A stretch of 64,000 bases of DNA from Marsupella aquatica (lineage: Eukaryota; Plantae; Marchantiophyta): positions 31,813,112 through 31,877,111 of the forward strand of contig OZ316891.1 in the NCBI GenBank assembly GCA_973895155.1. Direction: 5' to 3'. Position 1 is the stretch's first letter. The number at the start of each line of letters is the position of its first letter. Both the position numbers and the translations under genes were made by a program. Positions 62,731 to 64,000 of the stretch are shown here, piece by piece. The notes under the pieces were generated by a model. That model was given only the letters and a program-made list of their open reading frames with translations, had not been told where the DNA came from and made no database searches.

Positions 62731-64000
62731 GGCAACCTTTTGTCAATCCTTAGTACTACATTCCCAGTACCCAGTCTGGTCAGTTGTCCTAAACAACTGT
62801 CCTCAGGTTTTCTTGAGTCTAGAGTTAGAGCCCTGGGAGATATTATAGCCACGAACTGCTTGCTAAAAAGACTAAATTATCCGTCTTACTTATTATATGT
62901 ACATTACAGTTGCTACAGTAGGTTGGCTGAAGTCTATCTGCTGAACTGTTCTTCCCTGCGTGAGCTTGACTATTTCTGTCACTAATATTTATGTGGATTG
63001 TTGTTCCATAGGACTTTGAGCTCCCTGAAGGTTAACTACTTTCACCATATCAATGGATAGTCCTCAAATAATTAGGATACAATAAAGGCTAAGCAGGCAT
63101 TGGATATCACTAGTGAAGGGTAGCATTGAATATTACTTAGTAAAGGTCTCATGTTAGTAATCGCTATATATGTGCAGTAAAACGCACCTGTTTTGTAAGA
63201 ATCCCCTTGTGCACAATAAAGTTCATTTTAATTGGCCCATCTCTTGTGAAGCTTGGTTTTCAACCGAGACATCTCCAGTATCTATTTGGCTATATCACTT
63301 GAATGTATTAATTTTGATCATCTGGACTTCTTTGAGTTTATGTATTTACTGTCTACAACACAGCTACAGTCCTTCCCATTCAAGACTCCCAATTTTCCAA
63401 AAACGTTTAAGGATCAACTCGGGGATCAACTATCCCTGACTAGTTCATTGGGATAAAGGAAGAGTTTGATGCGCTTCCAAATCGGACCACTTCCCAGCTC
63501 TAAGAATGGTTAGTATTCTCATTGTCTACCTGTTCCAGATCCAGAAAGAGCAGGACAATGTCCAGTAGAGATTTCATATTGGAAAAGTCCAACCTAAGAG
63601 AACTCAAAACCTACAACCCTAAGAAAGGAGGCTGGAGTTCTCATCCATTATATGTGCCCTGCGGGGATGGGATGGAGTTGAATATTTACTACCACTGCAA
63701 GAGTAAAAATGCAACCTATGTCCCACAGTATACTAGAAGGTGGAGGTTTTGAAGTCAAGCCAATCCCAGTGTGGAGTTAAACTGTCTAACTTACTTCAAG
63801 AGCTGCTACTAAAAGGTAGTCCTTATGTCCCACAGGAAAGTCATTCGAGTGGGGAAAAATATACACGCTTCAAAATATATTCATGATTGCACTTGGGTCT
63901 TTACAAAGATTGGAGATTACAGCCAAGTGTGATTGGTTCAAGGTTTGTCAAACTACTTCACTGTACTACTCCTGGGTGATCTTCATAGATTTCAAGGACT

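Larger units (their letters stand above)
57788..64000 (+). mobile_element. Sola2-like DNA transposon, left end in window, right end probably beyond it
   Basis: First ~110 bp match the reverse complement of 56746-56854. Interrupts chromovirus RT at RALNK. Encodes a DDD transposase. Confidence 0.8.

Overview
Eukaryotic nuclear DNA, most likely a moss or other early-diverging land plant (inferred from the PLS-DYW PPR style and the Phygy/Selgy-like and chromoviral Gypsy elements). It is almost all nested transposons around one intact host gene, a PLS-class PPR-DYW organellar RNA-editing factor (27794-31264) with a recent 303-bp triplet expansion. The most striking structure is a complete ~16.1 kb DNA transposon (3196-19322; ~12.9 kb without an inserted solo LTR). 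It has perfect 13-bp TIRs, an 8-bp TSD, a spliced ~1,560-aa P-element-like DDE transposase without a THAP domain, and several co-oriented cargo genes, one with an RNase H1-N/caulimovirus-P6 domain. Also present: a Sola2-like transposon (57788 to beyond the window end) and its 358-bp non-autonomous partner, both inserted in one chromovirus pol; a 297-bp MITE with an 8-bp TSD; a 3.2-kb solo LTR with TSD; several Gypsy elements and fragments; and an L1-type LINE fragment. All assignments are by eye from motifs and junctions; no database searches were run.
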